Source: Lentisphaeria bacterium
GTDB taxonomy: Bacteria > Verrucomicrobiota > Lentisphaeria > JABSQK01 > JAWLHB01
Direction: 5' to 3'
DNA length: 64,000 bases
Assembly: GCA_041690595.1 (NCBI GenBank)
Contig: JAWLHB010000047.1
Coordinates: 1-64,000 of the forward strand
Part shown: positions 1-9,331 of the stretch, in pieces
Numbering within the stretch: the stretch's first letter is position 1
Layout: each line of letters begins with the position of its first letter
Translations under genes and position numbers: made by a program
The notes under the pieces: model-generated
Told to the model about the DNA's origin: nothing
The model's input: only the letters and a program-made list of their open reading frames with translations
Databases searched by the model: none

Positions 1-55
1 CTTCCTCCCCGACGTCTGGAAAGCAAAGCGCGAAGCCAAGGCCCAAGCCGCGTAG
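1..55 (+). CDS. 3' end of an upstream gene, truncated by the window edge (...FLPDVWKAKREAKAQAA*)
   Basis: Open frame from position 2 to TAG at 53-55 with GC3-rich codons; too short to assign a product. Confidence 0.5.
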   Translation, partial: FLPDVWKAKREAKAQAA

Positions 56-121
56 GCGTCTGGCCCCAAAAACAACATGGGGTATTTTTGACGCTTACTG
101 CCCGCGGAATCCTTCACGCGC

Positions 122-1993
122 GTGGTCAACCATTATCTGGCGTTGAGCTACGTCGTGATGCTGCTGGTGTGCGCAGAGTTTCAGAGTGCGCAGGAGCTGA
201 ACGTCAGTTCGGGCCTCTTCGCGACGTTCATCCTCTTGACCTATGCATTTCTGTATCTACTACCATCAATCCTGGTGACAAAGCTGGCGCAGTGGCTGGT
301 GCTTTGGCGAGCACGGCGCCATGGCGGGCTCCTGCGAGGACAGATTCTGGCGATCTATGGGCTGGCTGTCTCAAGTGCGACGCTGTCGCTCTTTGTGATG
401 TATGCGGACCGGACAGTCTACCGCATGTTCGGCTTCCACCTGAATGGTTTTGTCTGGAACCTGATCACCACGCCGGGGGGGATCGAATCCATGGGAGGCG
501 GCGCCAGTACCACGCTTACGGCAGCTCTGCTTGCGTCGGGTGCCGTGGCGGCCTCAGGGCTCCTGTTGTGGGGTGTGCACTGCCTCGTCAGTCACAAGCA
601 GGGAAATCGAGAGAAGCGATCTCGTCTTCTGCGTTATCGTTATGCGATCATCCTGCTGCTGATCGTCAGCCTCGGGGAACGCTTCTGGTACGGATTAAGC
701 AAGTTGCGGGACGATACGCGGATGATGATTGCCGCCGACGCCTTCCCCTTCTACCTGCCAACCAGCTTCAGCAGCGCGGCACGGCGCTTTGGCTACCGAG
801 CCACTCCGCACAATCGCGTCCACTTCGACACGGACTACTCATCGCTGCGCTATCCGCGCGAGCCAATTTCTCTGGGATCACTCGCGGAACCGCTCAACAT
901 CGTCTGGTTGGTGGCGGAATCGTGGCGAGCCGATATGCTCGATCCCGGCATCATGCCGGCGACCAGTGCGTTTGCCAGTAAGGCCATTCTCGCCACAGAC
1001 CATTACAGCGGCGGCAACGGTACGCGCATGGGGATCTTCAGCATGTTCTATGGGCTCTATGGCCCTTACTGGTTCTCGTTCCTGAAGGAGGCGCGCGGAC
1101 CGGTCATCATGGATGTCCTGCAACAGCGGCACTACGACATGCGGATGTACACCAGTTCAAGCTTCTCCTATCCGGAATTCAACAAAACGATTTTCGCTGA
1201 AGTACCGGCAGAGAGACTTCATTCGCTGCAGGCCGGCGACTACTGGGAGCGTGATCGCCAAAACGTCAGCCAGTTGCTGGAGTCGCTCGATCAGCGGCCG
1301 AAGGATCGTCCCTTCATGCGCTTCATGTTCTTTGAATCGCCTCACGCCAGGTATTACTTCCCTCCAGAATGCGCGATCCGCAAGCCCTACTTCGAGGATC
1401 TCAACTACATCACCATGGATCCTGAAGAGGATATGCCACTCGTTTACAATCGCTATGTCAATGCCTGTAATCATCTCGACACGCAGTTCGAGCGGGTCAT
1501 CGATTACCTGCGGGAGAATGCTTTGCTCGATTCGACGATCGTGATCATGACCGGTGACCACGGGGAGGAGTTCATGGAGAAAGGGCATTGGGGCCACAAC
1601 TCGGAGTTCACCGAGGAGCAGACCCGCGTCCCACTCATTCTGGCAATTCCCGGTCAGCCTCCTCGCACCATTGCGCGCATGACGAGTCACCTCGATATCG
1701 TCGCTACGCTCATGCCGCTATTGGGAGTGAACCAGCCGCCTTCCGACTTCAGTCTCGGCCATGATCTCCTGGGCACCGAAAAGCGCACCTTCGCCGTCAT
1801 CGCCGACTGGTCCTCGATCTGCTATGTCGAGCCGGATGCCAAGATGGTCATACCGCTCAATCTGCGCCAGGCCTTCAACAACCAGGTGACGACAGGCTCG
1901 GATCAGCCAATGATAGATCCGTCCGCCTTTATCAGCAGCCGCCAGAACCAGCTTGTGCGTGTGATGAAGGAGTTGCGGTATTTCTGCGAGTGA
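122..1993 (+). CDS. Membrane-anchored sulfatase/alkaline-phosphatase-superfamily protein, YejM/PbgA-like
   Basis: About 5 N-terminal TM segments, then NIVWLVAESWRAD, HYSGGNGTRMGIFSMFYGL (Thr at the nucleophile position), TGDHGEEF and WGH motifs. Confidence 0.85.
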   Translation: MVNHYLALSYVVMLLVCAEFQSAQELNVSSGLFATFILLTYAFLYLLPSILVTKLAQWLVLWRARRHGGLLRGQILAIYGLAVSSATLSLFVMYADRTVYRMFGFHLNGFVWNLITTPGGIESMGGGASTTLTAALLASGAVAASGLLLWGVHCLVSHKQGNREKRSRLLRYRYAIILLLIVSLGERFWYGLSKLRDDTRMMIAADAFPFYLPTSFSSAARRFGYRATPHNRVHFDTDYSSLRYPREPISLGSLAEPLNIVWLVAESWRADMLDPGIMPATSAFASKAILATDHYSGGNGTRMGIFSMFYGLYGPYWFSFLKEARGPVIMDVLQQRHYDMRMYTSSSFSYPEFNKTIFAEVPAERLHSLQAGDYWERDRQNVSQLLESLDQRPKDRPFMRFMFFESPHARYYFPPECAIRKPYFEDLNYITMDPEEDMPLVYNRYVNACNHLDTQFERVIDYLRENALLDSTIVIMTGDHGEEFMEKGHWGHNSEFTEEQTRVPLILAIPGQPPRTIARMTSHLDIVATLMPLLGVNQPPSDFSLGHDLLGTEKRTFAVIADWSSICYVEPDAKMVIPLNLRQAFNNQVTTGSDQPMIDPSAFISSRQNQLVRVMKELRYFCE

Positions 1994-2019
1994 TGAGAAG
2001 CTTTTAATCTAATTCTAAG

Positions 2020-2041
2020 ACGTCTCTAAACTTCGAGACGT
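2020..2041. promoter_or_regulatory. Perfect inverted repeat ACGTCTC-N8-GAGACGT, candidate operator or hairpin
   Basis: Seen directly in the AT-rich gap between the sulfatase and the CcoN-like gene; function unassigned. Confidence 0.3.
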
Positions 2042-2086
2042 ACTATAGGACAAAGATACTGAATTCTCTTTCATCACCCGCATCAC

Positions 2087-3418
2087 TTGGGCTACTGCGT
2101 GCAGGATCGACCGCAACATCTCGACACCGCTGTCCATGCGCTTGTCTGGCTGAACATCGCCAATGCCATAGGACTCCTGCTGGCAGTGCTGCTTCTGGCA
2201 CCTGCACTGAACGGCATTCTGGCTCACTTGACCTATGGAAGATGGATGCCACTGCACCTGAATCTGCAGCTTTATGGCTGGTGCGCCATCCCGCTGATCG
2301 GCCTGCTCTTTCGTCTCTATCTGCCTGTGGAATCGGATCGTCGTCTGCGACGCACGGCACTTGACTGCTGGGCGGTGGCACTCGCCTTTGGCGCACTTGG
2401 CTGGCTTGGCGGCTACACCAGCGGCAAACTCTTCCTGGACTGGCAAGGCCCCGCGCGTCTGCTCCTGCTGATCAGCATGTCGGTGCTCTGGTCTCTGCTG
2501 CTGGTCGGGCAGATCAGACAACGGCAGTGCGGCATTCGTCCGAACTGGCGGGAAGGCGGTCGCTGGCTGCTGCTGCTGGTGCTGCTACCGGTGCCATGGG
2601 TGCTCTATGCGAGTGCCGCGCCTGGGGTCTACCCACCCGTGAACCCGGACTCGGGCGGACCGACCGGCAGCAGCCTGCTTGGCAGCACGCTGGGACTGAT
2701 TCCGCTCTTTCTCATGATTCCGCATCTTCTGGGAAAGCATCGCCATCGGCGCTGGCTAAGTACCGCCTGGTGTGCGCCCATTCTCTTGATGCACACCCTT
2801 TTCTTCGCCGTCATGAGTCATCATGATGCCTCTGGCCGGGAGCCACTTCAGGTTCTGGCGGTAGCCAGTGTGATCATCTGGCTTCCCTTACTTGTCTGGC
2901 ATTTTCGCCGGTTCTCGCTGCCGCGCGCCGAACGTCCCTGGTTGTTGGCCTTTGGAGGCTGGGCGGTCTGGCTGGTTCTCTCCTCCATCGTGGAATTCCA
3001 TCCTGCGTTCCTGGTTGACGTTAAGTTTACCAATGCGCTGGCAGGGCATTCGCATGCAGCCATGGGAGGAATGCTCTCCAGCCTCAATATGGTCATTCTG
3101 CTCGCTCTGAATCGCGGAAGAGAGAGCAGCCTGCGGGTCACGCGCTTGTCCTTCTGGCTGTGGCAGACGGGGCTCGCCGTGCAGGTGGTCGGTCTGACGT
3201 GGCTCGGGCTGGTCGAAGGCGAGCATCCGGGAGTGCTATTCAGCGCAAACTCCGGGGTGACGGCAGTCTACACATTGCGGTTGATGGCCGGCGTGCTCAT
3301 GTTTGGTGCTTCATGGAGCTGGCTTCGCAGCGCCTTGCGTACGCTGACGGTGGATGATAGCAGCACGTCGGCGAGCATCGACGCCCTGGCGCCGCTCGAA
3401 GGGGGGTACCAATCATGA
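2087..3418 (+). CDS. Divergent heme-copper oxidase subunit I-like (CcoN-like) polytopic membrane protein
   Basis: About 12 TM segments; TYGRWMPLHLN (helix II His), GYTSGK loop, MSHH, FTNALAGHSH (helix X HxH). Start uncertain (TTG 2087 or GTG 2099). Confidence 0.7.
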   Translation: MGYCVQDRPQHLDTAVHALVWLNIANAIGLLLAVLLLAPALNGILAHLTYGRWMPLHLNLQLYGWCAIPLIGLLFRLYLPVESDRRLRRTALDCWAVALAFGALGWLGGYTSGKLFLDWQGPARLLLLISMSVLWSLLLVGQIRQRQCGIRPNWREGGRWLLLLVLLPVPWVLYASAAPGVYPPVNPDSGGPTGSSLLGSTLGLIPLFLMIPHLLGKHRHRRWLSTAWCAPILLMHTLFFAVMSHHDASGREPLQVLAVASVIIWLPLLVWHFRRFSLPRAERPWLLAFGGWAVWLVLSSIVEFHPAFLVDVKFTNALAGHSHAAMGGMLSSLNMVILLALNRGRESSLRVTRLSFWLWQTGLAVQVVGLTWLGLVEGEHPGVLFSANSGVTAVYTLRLMAGVLMFGASWSWLRSALRTLTVDDSSTSASIDALAPLEGGYQS

Positions 3419-3831
3419 GTTGGCGCCTTGCCCAGCTCTATACCGTGGCCGCCGGCACCTGCGATCTGGTGGCGGGGCTTCTTCTGGTTGTTGCTCCAGC
3501 ACGGGCATTAACCCTCATGGGGGTGCATCCATTGCCGGTCGAGCCTGTCTACATGCGCTGGATTGGCGTCTTTGTTTTCAGTATAGGCCTGGCCTACTGG
3601 ATGCCATTTTCCGGCGCCGCATCCACCCGCAAGGAGCAGCTGCGCGCGGCGTGGATGATGACGGCGATGGTGCGGCTCAGCATCGGTGCCTTCACCGCGG
3701 TCAGTATTGCCGTCGGTGCCCTTTCCAGCTCCTTCTGGAGTGTGCCCGTCACCGACCTTTTGCTTGCCATCATCCAGATCGTCCTGCTGAATCGGTTGCC
3801 CGCGCAGCCCTTGGAGGTACCTGCCACATGA
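3415..3831 (+). CDS. Small 4-TM membrane protein of unknown function
   Basis: 138 aa with four hydrophobic segments; ATGA overlaps with both neighbours and a GGGGG RBS-like run upstream. Confidence 0.8.
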   Translation: MSWRLAQLYTVAAGTCDLVAGLLLVVAPARALTLMGVHPLPVEPVYMRWIGVFVFSIGLAYWMPFSGAASTRKEQLRAAWMMTAMVRLSIGAFTAVSIAVGALSSSFWSVPVTDLLLAIIQIVLLNRLPAQPLEVPAT

Positions 3832-5756
3832 GAACAGAAGACCGCTCCATCGCCGCGGCGGTCGGCGTCATTGCCGCCACGTATACCTACTTCCTGATCT
3901 TTGCCCAGTTCGGTTTTCTGGATCAGGTGCGAGCCGTGGCCGGCACGCCCCGAATGGTGCAGGCGATTATGGGACTCATGGCTCTGTGCGGAATGGGAGC
4001 CAGCCTGTTCGCCAGTTGGCAACTGCGTCGTTGGGACAGCGTGCGCATGACCCGTGTCGGCTTTATCGCCTGCAGCCTGGCAGCGCTTGCCGCTCCGATA
4101 TGTCAGCGGCCATTGCCGGTTGCGCTCGTTGCCCTGGCCATTGGGGGGGCGATGGGCTGGCTCACGGTCTGCCTGGCGGTGGCGTTGCGACAACTTGTGC
4201 CGGATGGCTGGCTGGGGCGGAGTGCCGGCTTGGGCACTGGAGCTGCTTACATAGTGAGTAATATTCCGGCTGTATTCGGTGGAACCCCTGGGCAGAAGGC
4301 ATTGCTGGCCGCGGCGCTCGCGGGTTGCGGTCTGCTCTTCCTCGCCGCGCATCCCGGCCATGCATTGCCTTCCCCGTACGTCACCCGAAATCATGGCAGA
4401 TGGCCCGCCTTCCTGCCCTTGCTGCTGGCCATGACCGCGTTGGTCTGGTACGATTCAGCCGCGTTTGCCGTGATACAACAACATGCGGAACTGAAGGGAC
4501 TCTCGTGGGGGTCGCCCCTTCAGCAGGTGCAACAGGGGCTGATCCACTGCGCCGCCGCCATCGTGGCCGGCATTCTCTTCGATCGCGGACATCTGGCCGG
4601 GATCCTGATGGCCTCCTATGGATTCTTTCTCGGCGGATCCCTCCTGCTCAGCAATGGGGCGGACCTGCATCATCTGTCCGGTGGCAGCTATGCGGTTGGC
4701 GTCGCCCTCTACACCACCATCCTGGTTGCCTATCCCGGTCAGAAAGGCTGGGACCACGAAAGGATGCCCGCGCGATGGCGGGCCGGGCTGCTCTTCGCGG
4801 TGGCAGGATGGTTCGGGTCGGCCAACGGAATCGGGATGGCGACGCAACTGCATCGACTGCCGCTTTTCTTCCTGATTGTCACGGGTGCCGTTGTTATCGG
4901 CAACTGGCTGTGGGCCGCCGTCAATACGAATCAAGCTCTTCTGTCGCTCTTCTTGCGCCCGGCCTCGCTTATCGTCATCATGACGCTTGGCTGGTGCATC
5001 GGATGGAAACTGGAAGATCAGGCGCACCTGCAACTGGAGGCTGGCGCGGACGCGGTGGCAGCAGGGCGGCGAGTGTATATAAGCGAAGGCTGCATGCACT
5101 GTCATTCGCAATATGTCCGGCCGAGAAGCGACGATGTCCTTCTTTGGGGCCCGGTGCAACCAGTGGATCGGAGTCAGGCGCCGCCACTGATCGGCAATCG
5201 CCGTCAGGGTCCGGACTTGCTGAATGTTGGTCCGCGGCGAAGCATCGCGTGGCACCGCCGGCACCTGATTGCGCCTCAAGAGGTATCACCGGGTTCACGC
5301 ATGCCCTCGTATGCCCACTTGTTTTCCGGCGACAACGAGCGAGGTGAACATCTGGTGGCATATCTGGCCAGCCTGGGCAGTGCGTTGGCGGGCCAGCGAA
5401 TCGAGCAGGAGCTGGCGTGGCATCTTCCAGCGGAAGTATCTGGTGATTTCATGGCGGGGGAGCATCTTTACCAGCGAAACTGCGCGCAGTGTCATGGCGT
5501 CGAGGGCAAAGGGGGAGGTCCTGTTGCACCTTATCTGGCTACACAGCCACCTGCACTTCAGAATGCCGAGTTGCGGTACGCACCTGCCGTCATGCCTTCC
5601 CTTCTTCGGCGTCAACAACTGGCGCGGATCATTCGTTTCGGCATTCATGGGACCGATATGCCAGGCCATGAGTACCTCGAAGAGGAACAGATTGCCGCGC
5701 TTGTCGACTATCTGGTTCATCTCAACCCAGGCAGGGAAAGCCATGGCATCCAGTAG
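3828..5756 (+). CDS. Fusion: large polytopic (MFS-like) membrane domain + CcoO-like cytochrome c + second cytochrome c domain
   Basis: Start re-chosen at ATG 3828 (GGAGG RBS, ATGA overlap). GRRVYISEGCMHCHSQYVRP, RRQGPDL and SRMPSY are CcoO-type motifs; second heme motif CAQCH with a distal MPG. Confidence 0.8.
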   Translation: MRTEDRSIAAAVGVIAATYTYFLIFAQFGFLDQVRAVAGTPRMVQAIMGLMALCGMGASLFASWQLRRWDSVRMTRVGFIACSLAALAAPICQRPLPVALVALAIGGAMGWLTVCLAVALRQLVPDGWLGRSAGLGTGAAYIVSNIPAVFGGTPGQKALLAAALAGCGLLFLAAHPGHALPSPYVTRNHGRWPAFLPLLLAMTALVWYDSAAFAVIQQHAELKGLSWGSPLQQVQQGLIHCAAAIVAGILFDRGHLAGILMASYGFFLGGSLLLSNGADLHHLSGGSYAVGVALYTTILVAYPGQKGWDHERMPARWRAGLLFAVAGWFGSANGIGMATQLHRLPLFFLIVTGAVVIGNWLWAAVNTNQALLSLFLRPASLIVIMTLGWCIGWKLEDQAHLQLEAGADAVAAGRRVYISEGCMHCHSQYVRPRSDDVLLWGPVQPVDRSQAPPLIGNRRQGPDLLNVGPRRSIAWHRRHLIAPQEVSPGSRMPSYAHLFSGDNERGEHLVAYLASLGSALAGQRIEQELAWHLPAEVSGDFMAGEHLYQRNCAQCHGVEGKGGGPVAPYLATQPPALQNAELRYAPAVMPSLLRRQQLARIIRFGIHGTDMPGHEYLEEEQIAALVDYLVHLNPGRESHGIQ

Positions 5757-6684
5757 AGTGCTGAATCACTGCAAACGGTTTGCGCTACCAGCAGGGAGCG
5801 TTCTTCTTCTTCTCTGCCTGCTGCTTGCCTGGCACCTCGGCTGGTTTTCTGAGTGTATTTCCTGGCAAGCCAGCACGGGGTGGTCCCGTATTCCGGACCA
5901 TCTTCGCCCCAGGCAGCATGAAGAGCTGGGCGATCATCCCTCGATTGGCTGGCTCGGGCACAGCGGCTTCGTGCTTGACTATCCCGAGCTACGGATCGCG
6001 CTCGATCCCAATCTCAGCAACCGCTGCTCGTTTGCCAGCCGTCGCATGCAAGCTCCACTGGACGTCGCGGACCTGGGGGATGTCGACCTCGTCCTGCTCA
6101 GCCACAGCCATCGCGACCACCTCGATCTTGCGACGCTGAAAGGGATTCCACGGATCGGGATGCTCGTGGTGCCGACAGGAGCATCTGCTTATCTTCCCGC
6201 CGAGCTTATCGAGCGAACGCAGGTAAGGGAGCTGGCGGTTGGAGAGAGCCTGCGCTTGGGAGCGCTGCGGGTGTACGCCACCGCCGCAGTTCACCACGGC
6301 AGCCGGAACCACCCGTTCGCCAGCACGATCCAGGCGAATGGCTATGTTCTTATCCACGGCAGAAACCGTCTGTATTTCGCCGGTGATACCGCACTGGGTA
6401 ATCATCTGGAAGAGGTGAGAGCCCGCTTTCGACCGCAGATGGCCATTTTGCCGATTGGTGCCTATTCTCCGCGATGGCCCTTACGCCATTATCATCTCAG
6501 CCCAGCGGATGCCGTCATTGCTGCCAGACGGCTCGGCGATCCGCTGGTCATTCCCTGCCATTTCGGCACCTTCACCCTCTCACTCGACAGGCCGGACAGC
6601 GCGCTGCCGCTGTTCGCCATCCATGCCGGAAATGCCGGCCTGGCCTGGAGCATGCCTGTTCCTCACACAAAGACAACGGACTGA
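5743..6684 (+). CDS. Metallo-beta-lactamase-fold hydrolase (NAPE-PLD/RomA-like) with an N-terminal TM/signal segment
   Basis: WLGHSG, SHSHRDHLD (HxHxDH), YFAGDT, LPIGAYSPRW and IPCHFGTF motifs; start re-chosen at ATG 5743. Confidence 0.85.
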   Translation: MASSRVLNHCKRFALPAGSVLLLLCLLLAWHLGWFSECISWQASTGWSRIPDHLRPRQHEELGDHPSIGWLGHSGFVLDYPELRIALDPNLSNRCSFASRRMQAPLDVADLGDVDLVLLSHSHRDHLDLATLKGIPRIGMLVVPTGASAYLPAELIERTQVRELAVGESLRLGALRVYATAAVHHGSRNHPFASTIQANGYVLIHGRNRLYFAGDTALGNHLEEVRARFRPQMAILPIGAYSPRWPLRHYHLSPADAVIAARRLGDPLVIPCHFGTFTLSLDRPDSALPLFAIHAGNAGLAWSMPVPHTKTTD

Positions 6685-6692
6685 TCATAACC

Positions 6693-8789
6693 ATGCATCA
6701 ACTTGCCATACATCTGACCAAGTTTGCCGTTCGCTTCCCTCGGCGCACCCTGGCGGCGGCCATTGTCCTGGCTCTGGCGGGGAGCTGCTTTGCGGCCATC
6801 AATCTGCGCCTGCATACCTCCAACCTCGACCTTGTCGACGACACGCTACCCGAAGTGCGGCGCTATCTTCAATTCGCCGAGGAGTTCGGGTCGCCAAATG
6901 TGCTCGTGATAGCCCTTTCCGGATCGAGTGAAGCGATGGTGACGAATGCAGTCGACCAACTGGGATCGATGGTGCGAGACGCGGATGGAGTGCGACTGGT
7001 GCTGGATCGCCTGCCAATCAGCCTGCCTGTCGAATCAAGCGTCGGCATCGAGCGTTATCTCCTCTCGCATGATCGAAAATGCGCCTACATCTTTGTTCAG
7101 CCAGTCGATGTGCGCGCATCCGCCGAGACGATCCTGCCTTTCATCGAGAATGTCCGCCGAAAGGTGACGGAAGCGGAGCTGGCGCCACAGGTAACCGTCG
7201 GTTTCACAGGGCTGCCGGTGTATGCACTGGATGATCGCAACGTCATCCAGCACGATATCGCCCTCCTTTCAGCAGTGGCGCTGGGGCTGATCCTGCTGTT
7301 CTTCGCCTATGGCTTTCACCGGCTGGCGCGTCCCCTCATGGCAGTGGTCAGTCTCTGCCTGGGAGTCGCGGGAACGCTGGGACTTATCGCCATCTATCCG
7401 GGCCACCTCAACCTTCTTTCGGCCACCTTTGCTTCGATCATTTTCGGCCTGGGCATCGACTATGGGATCCATCTGCTGCAGCGGCATGAAGAGCTGTTGG
7501 CAACGACCAATCTGAGTTTGGAGGAAGCGGTGGTGCTCGCCACTGAATCCGTCGGTCGGGGCATCATCACTGGCGGAATCACCTCGATGGCAGTCTTTCT
7601 GACGATGCTATTCACCGGCTTTCGTGGCTTTCGGGAGCTTGGCATCGTGGTGGCGGTGGGGATCCTGCTGTCCTTGCTCACGACCGTCACCGTGCTGCCA
7701 GCGCTGCTGGTTCTCTTCCGCTCGCGCCGTGCCACCGCCCATCGACCACTGCTGGAGAAGCTGCTTGGGAGGCTGCATCACCCGGTGGCGGCTGCTGCCG
7801 TATTGGCGTTCGCGCTTGTGGCAGCAGGTGGTGGTTCTCCCGGCTTTGACGGCGACTACCTCAATCTGCAGCCGAGACATTCGGCAACGGTAAAGCTGGA
7901 TCGAGACATGGCCTTCGGCAGCGATTACTCCACGCAGTTTGCGGCGTTCTCCACTGCCGATCGCGCCTCGGCCCTGGCCCTGGCAACGCGGTTGCGACTG
8001 GAAGCGACCGTCGGCAACGTGCGTACCAGCGCCGAACTGGAAGAGCTGGCGGAGAGAAGCGGGCAACCTCCCTCCCCCGAAGTTCTCCGCGATTATCGCT
8101 CAGCGGATGGACGCTATGCGGTTTATGCCTATCCTCGGGGCGATGTGTGGTCAGCGGCCCCCCAAGAGGCTTTCATCGAGAAGATGCGGCGGGTCGATCC
8201 TGAGGTAACCGGCATGCCGTTCCTTGGTAGCTTCATGGTCGAGCGCTCGAAACAAGCCATGGTCGTGACATCCATGATCGGCGGGCTGATGATGCTGGTT
8301 CTTGTCGGGATGGATTTTGGCCGGCTGCTGCCCACGTTGCTGGCACTCTTCCCGACCGGGTTGACGATGCTCTGCCTGCTTGGCGAGATGGCGTGGCTGC
8401 GTATTCCCTTCAATCCCCTCAGCGTCATGGCCCTGCCGCTGGTAATCGGCATTGCGGTTGACGATGGCGTTCATCTCGTCCACCGCTTCTATTTCGAGGA
8501 TGGAGATATGGCGGCCGCCATTCATACCAGCGGACGCGGAGTACTGCTGACTTCCCTGACCACGCTGGCAGCTTTCGGCACCCTTTGCTTCACGCAGCAT
8601 CTCGGTCTGCGTTCGCTCTGCCTGACCATCTGTCTGGGTGTCACGACAGCGTTGATATTGACGATCAGCTTGTTGCCGTGGGCGCTGCATCTGCTGCGTC
8701 ACCGCCTGCTTCGTTCGACCGTAACCCCAAAACCAAGCGAGAGACCATCATGTATTCGCAAATCATCTGCCTCATCACTATCGTCCTGA
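6693..8789 (+). CDS. MMPL/RND-family (HpnN-like) lipid transporter
   Basis: Two membrane repeats with GLGIDYGIH and GIAVDDGVH signatures separated by soluble domains; start re-chosen at ATG 6693. Confidence 0.85.
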   Translation: MHQLAIHLTKFAVRFPRRTLAAAIVLALAGSCFAAINLRLHTSNLDLVDDTLPEVRRYLQFAEEFGSPNVLVIALSGSSEAMVTNAVDQLGSMVRDADGVRLVLDRLPISLPVESSVGIERYLLSHDRKCAYIFVQPVDVRASAETILPFIENVRRKVTEAELAPQVTVGFTGLPVYALDDRNVIQHDIALLSAVALGLILLFFAYGFHRLARPLMAVVSLCLGVAGTLGLIAIYPGHLNLLSATFASIIFGLGIDYGIHLLQRHEELLATTNLSLEEAVVLATESVGRGIITGGITSMAVFLTMLFTGFRGFRELGIVVAVGILLSLLTTVTVLPALLVLFRSRRATAHRPLLEKLLGRLHHPVAAAAVLAFALVAAGGGSPGFDGDYLNLQPRHSATVKLDRDMAFGSDYSTQFAAFSTADRASALALATRLRLEATVGNVRTSAELEELAERSGQPPSPEVLRDYRSADGRYAVYAYPRGDVWSAAPQEAFIEKMRRVDPEVTGMPFLGSFMVERSKQAMVVTSMIGGLMMLVLVGMDFGRLLPTLLALFPTGLTMLCLLGEMAWLRIPFNPLSVMALPLVIGIAVDDGVHLVHRFYFEDGDMAAAIHTSGRGVLLTSLTTLAAFGTLCFTQHLGLRSLCLTICLGVTTALILTISLLPWALHLLRHRLLRSTVTPKPSERPSCIRKSSASSLSS

Positions 8790-9325
8790 CCACCGCCGGC
8801 GGACTTTGCGCCGACACCACAACCTATCAGGGAGAGGGGAACATCCGCTATGATGTCGATGTTACTCTCCACGATTTCTACGGTACAGCGATTCCAGAGC
8901 CATTCACCGCAACCATCTCCGGAGCAGACGGCAACCAGAGATTCGACATGATCATCAGGGTCACCATCGACAAGATGGACTCCCGCAACACGAAGCGCGA
9001 CAAAGACATGCGTGAGATGTTCAACGCACCGAAGCATCCGGTCATCACCGGCACCTTTTCAGGTATCGATTGGGATGAGGTCGTAAAAGGGAGCGCGAAT
9101 GGGCCCGTGGAGTTGCCATTCACCTTGACCATATCGGGACGTGAACAGCCGAAGGTTGCCAGCGTCACCAACCTGCATACGGATACCGACGGCAGCATCA
9201 GCTTCGATCTCAGCTTCGACGTTTCGCTCAAAGCGCACGGGCTCAAGCGACCGTCGATGATGGGTATGATTCGAGTAGGTGACAGGGTGCAGGTGACGGC
9301 TACCGCGCGACTGATTCATCCGTAA
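8750..9325 (+). CDS. YceI-like exported lipid/polyisoprenoid-binding protein
   Basis: Signal peptide, TLHDFYG, MDSRNTKRDKDMR, LTISG and GLKRPS...IRVGDRV pattern typical of YceI barrels. Confidence 0.8.
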   Translation: MYSQIICLITIVLTTAGGLCADTTTYQGEGNIRYDVDVTLHDFYGTAIPEPFTATISGADGNQRFDMIIRVTIDKMDSRNTKRDKDMREMFNAPKHPVITGTFSGIDWDEVVKGSANGPVELPFTLTISGREQPKVASVTNLHTDTDGSISFDLSFDVSLKAHGLKRPSMMGMIRVGDRVQVTATARLIHP

Positions 9326-9331
9326 GGAGAG

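Noticed and set aside
3354..3827. N-terminal extension of the 800-aa ORF
   Set aside because: Overlaps the 3415-3831 gene; the RBS and ATGA overlap support a start at 3828.
2087..5756. Canonical ccoNOQP cbb3 oxidase call
   Set aside because: One CuB ligand motif is missing, CcoO is in an unusual fusion and no ccoQ/ccoGHIS genes are present, so gene symbols were withheld.
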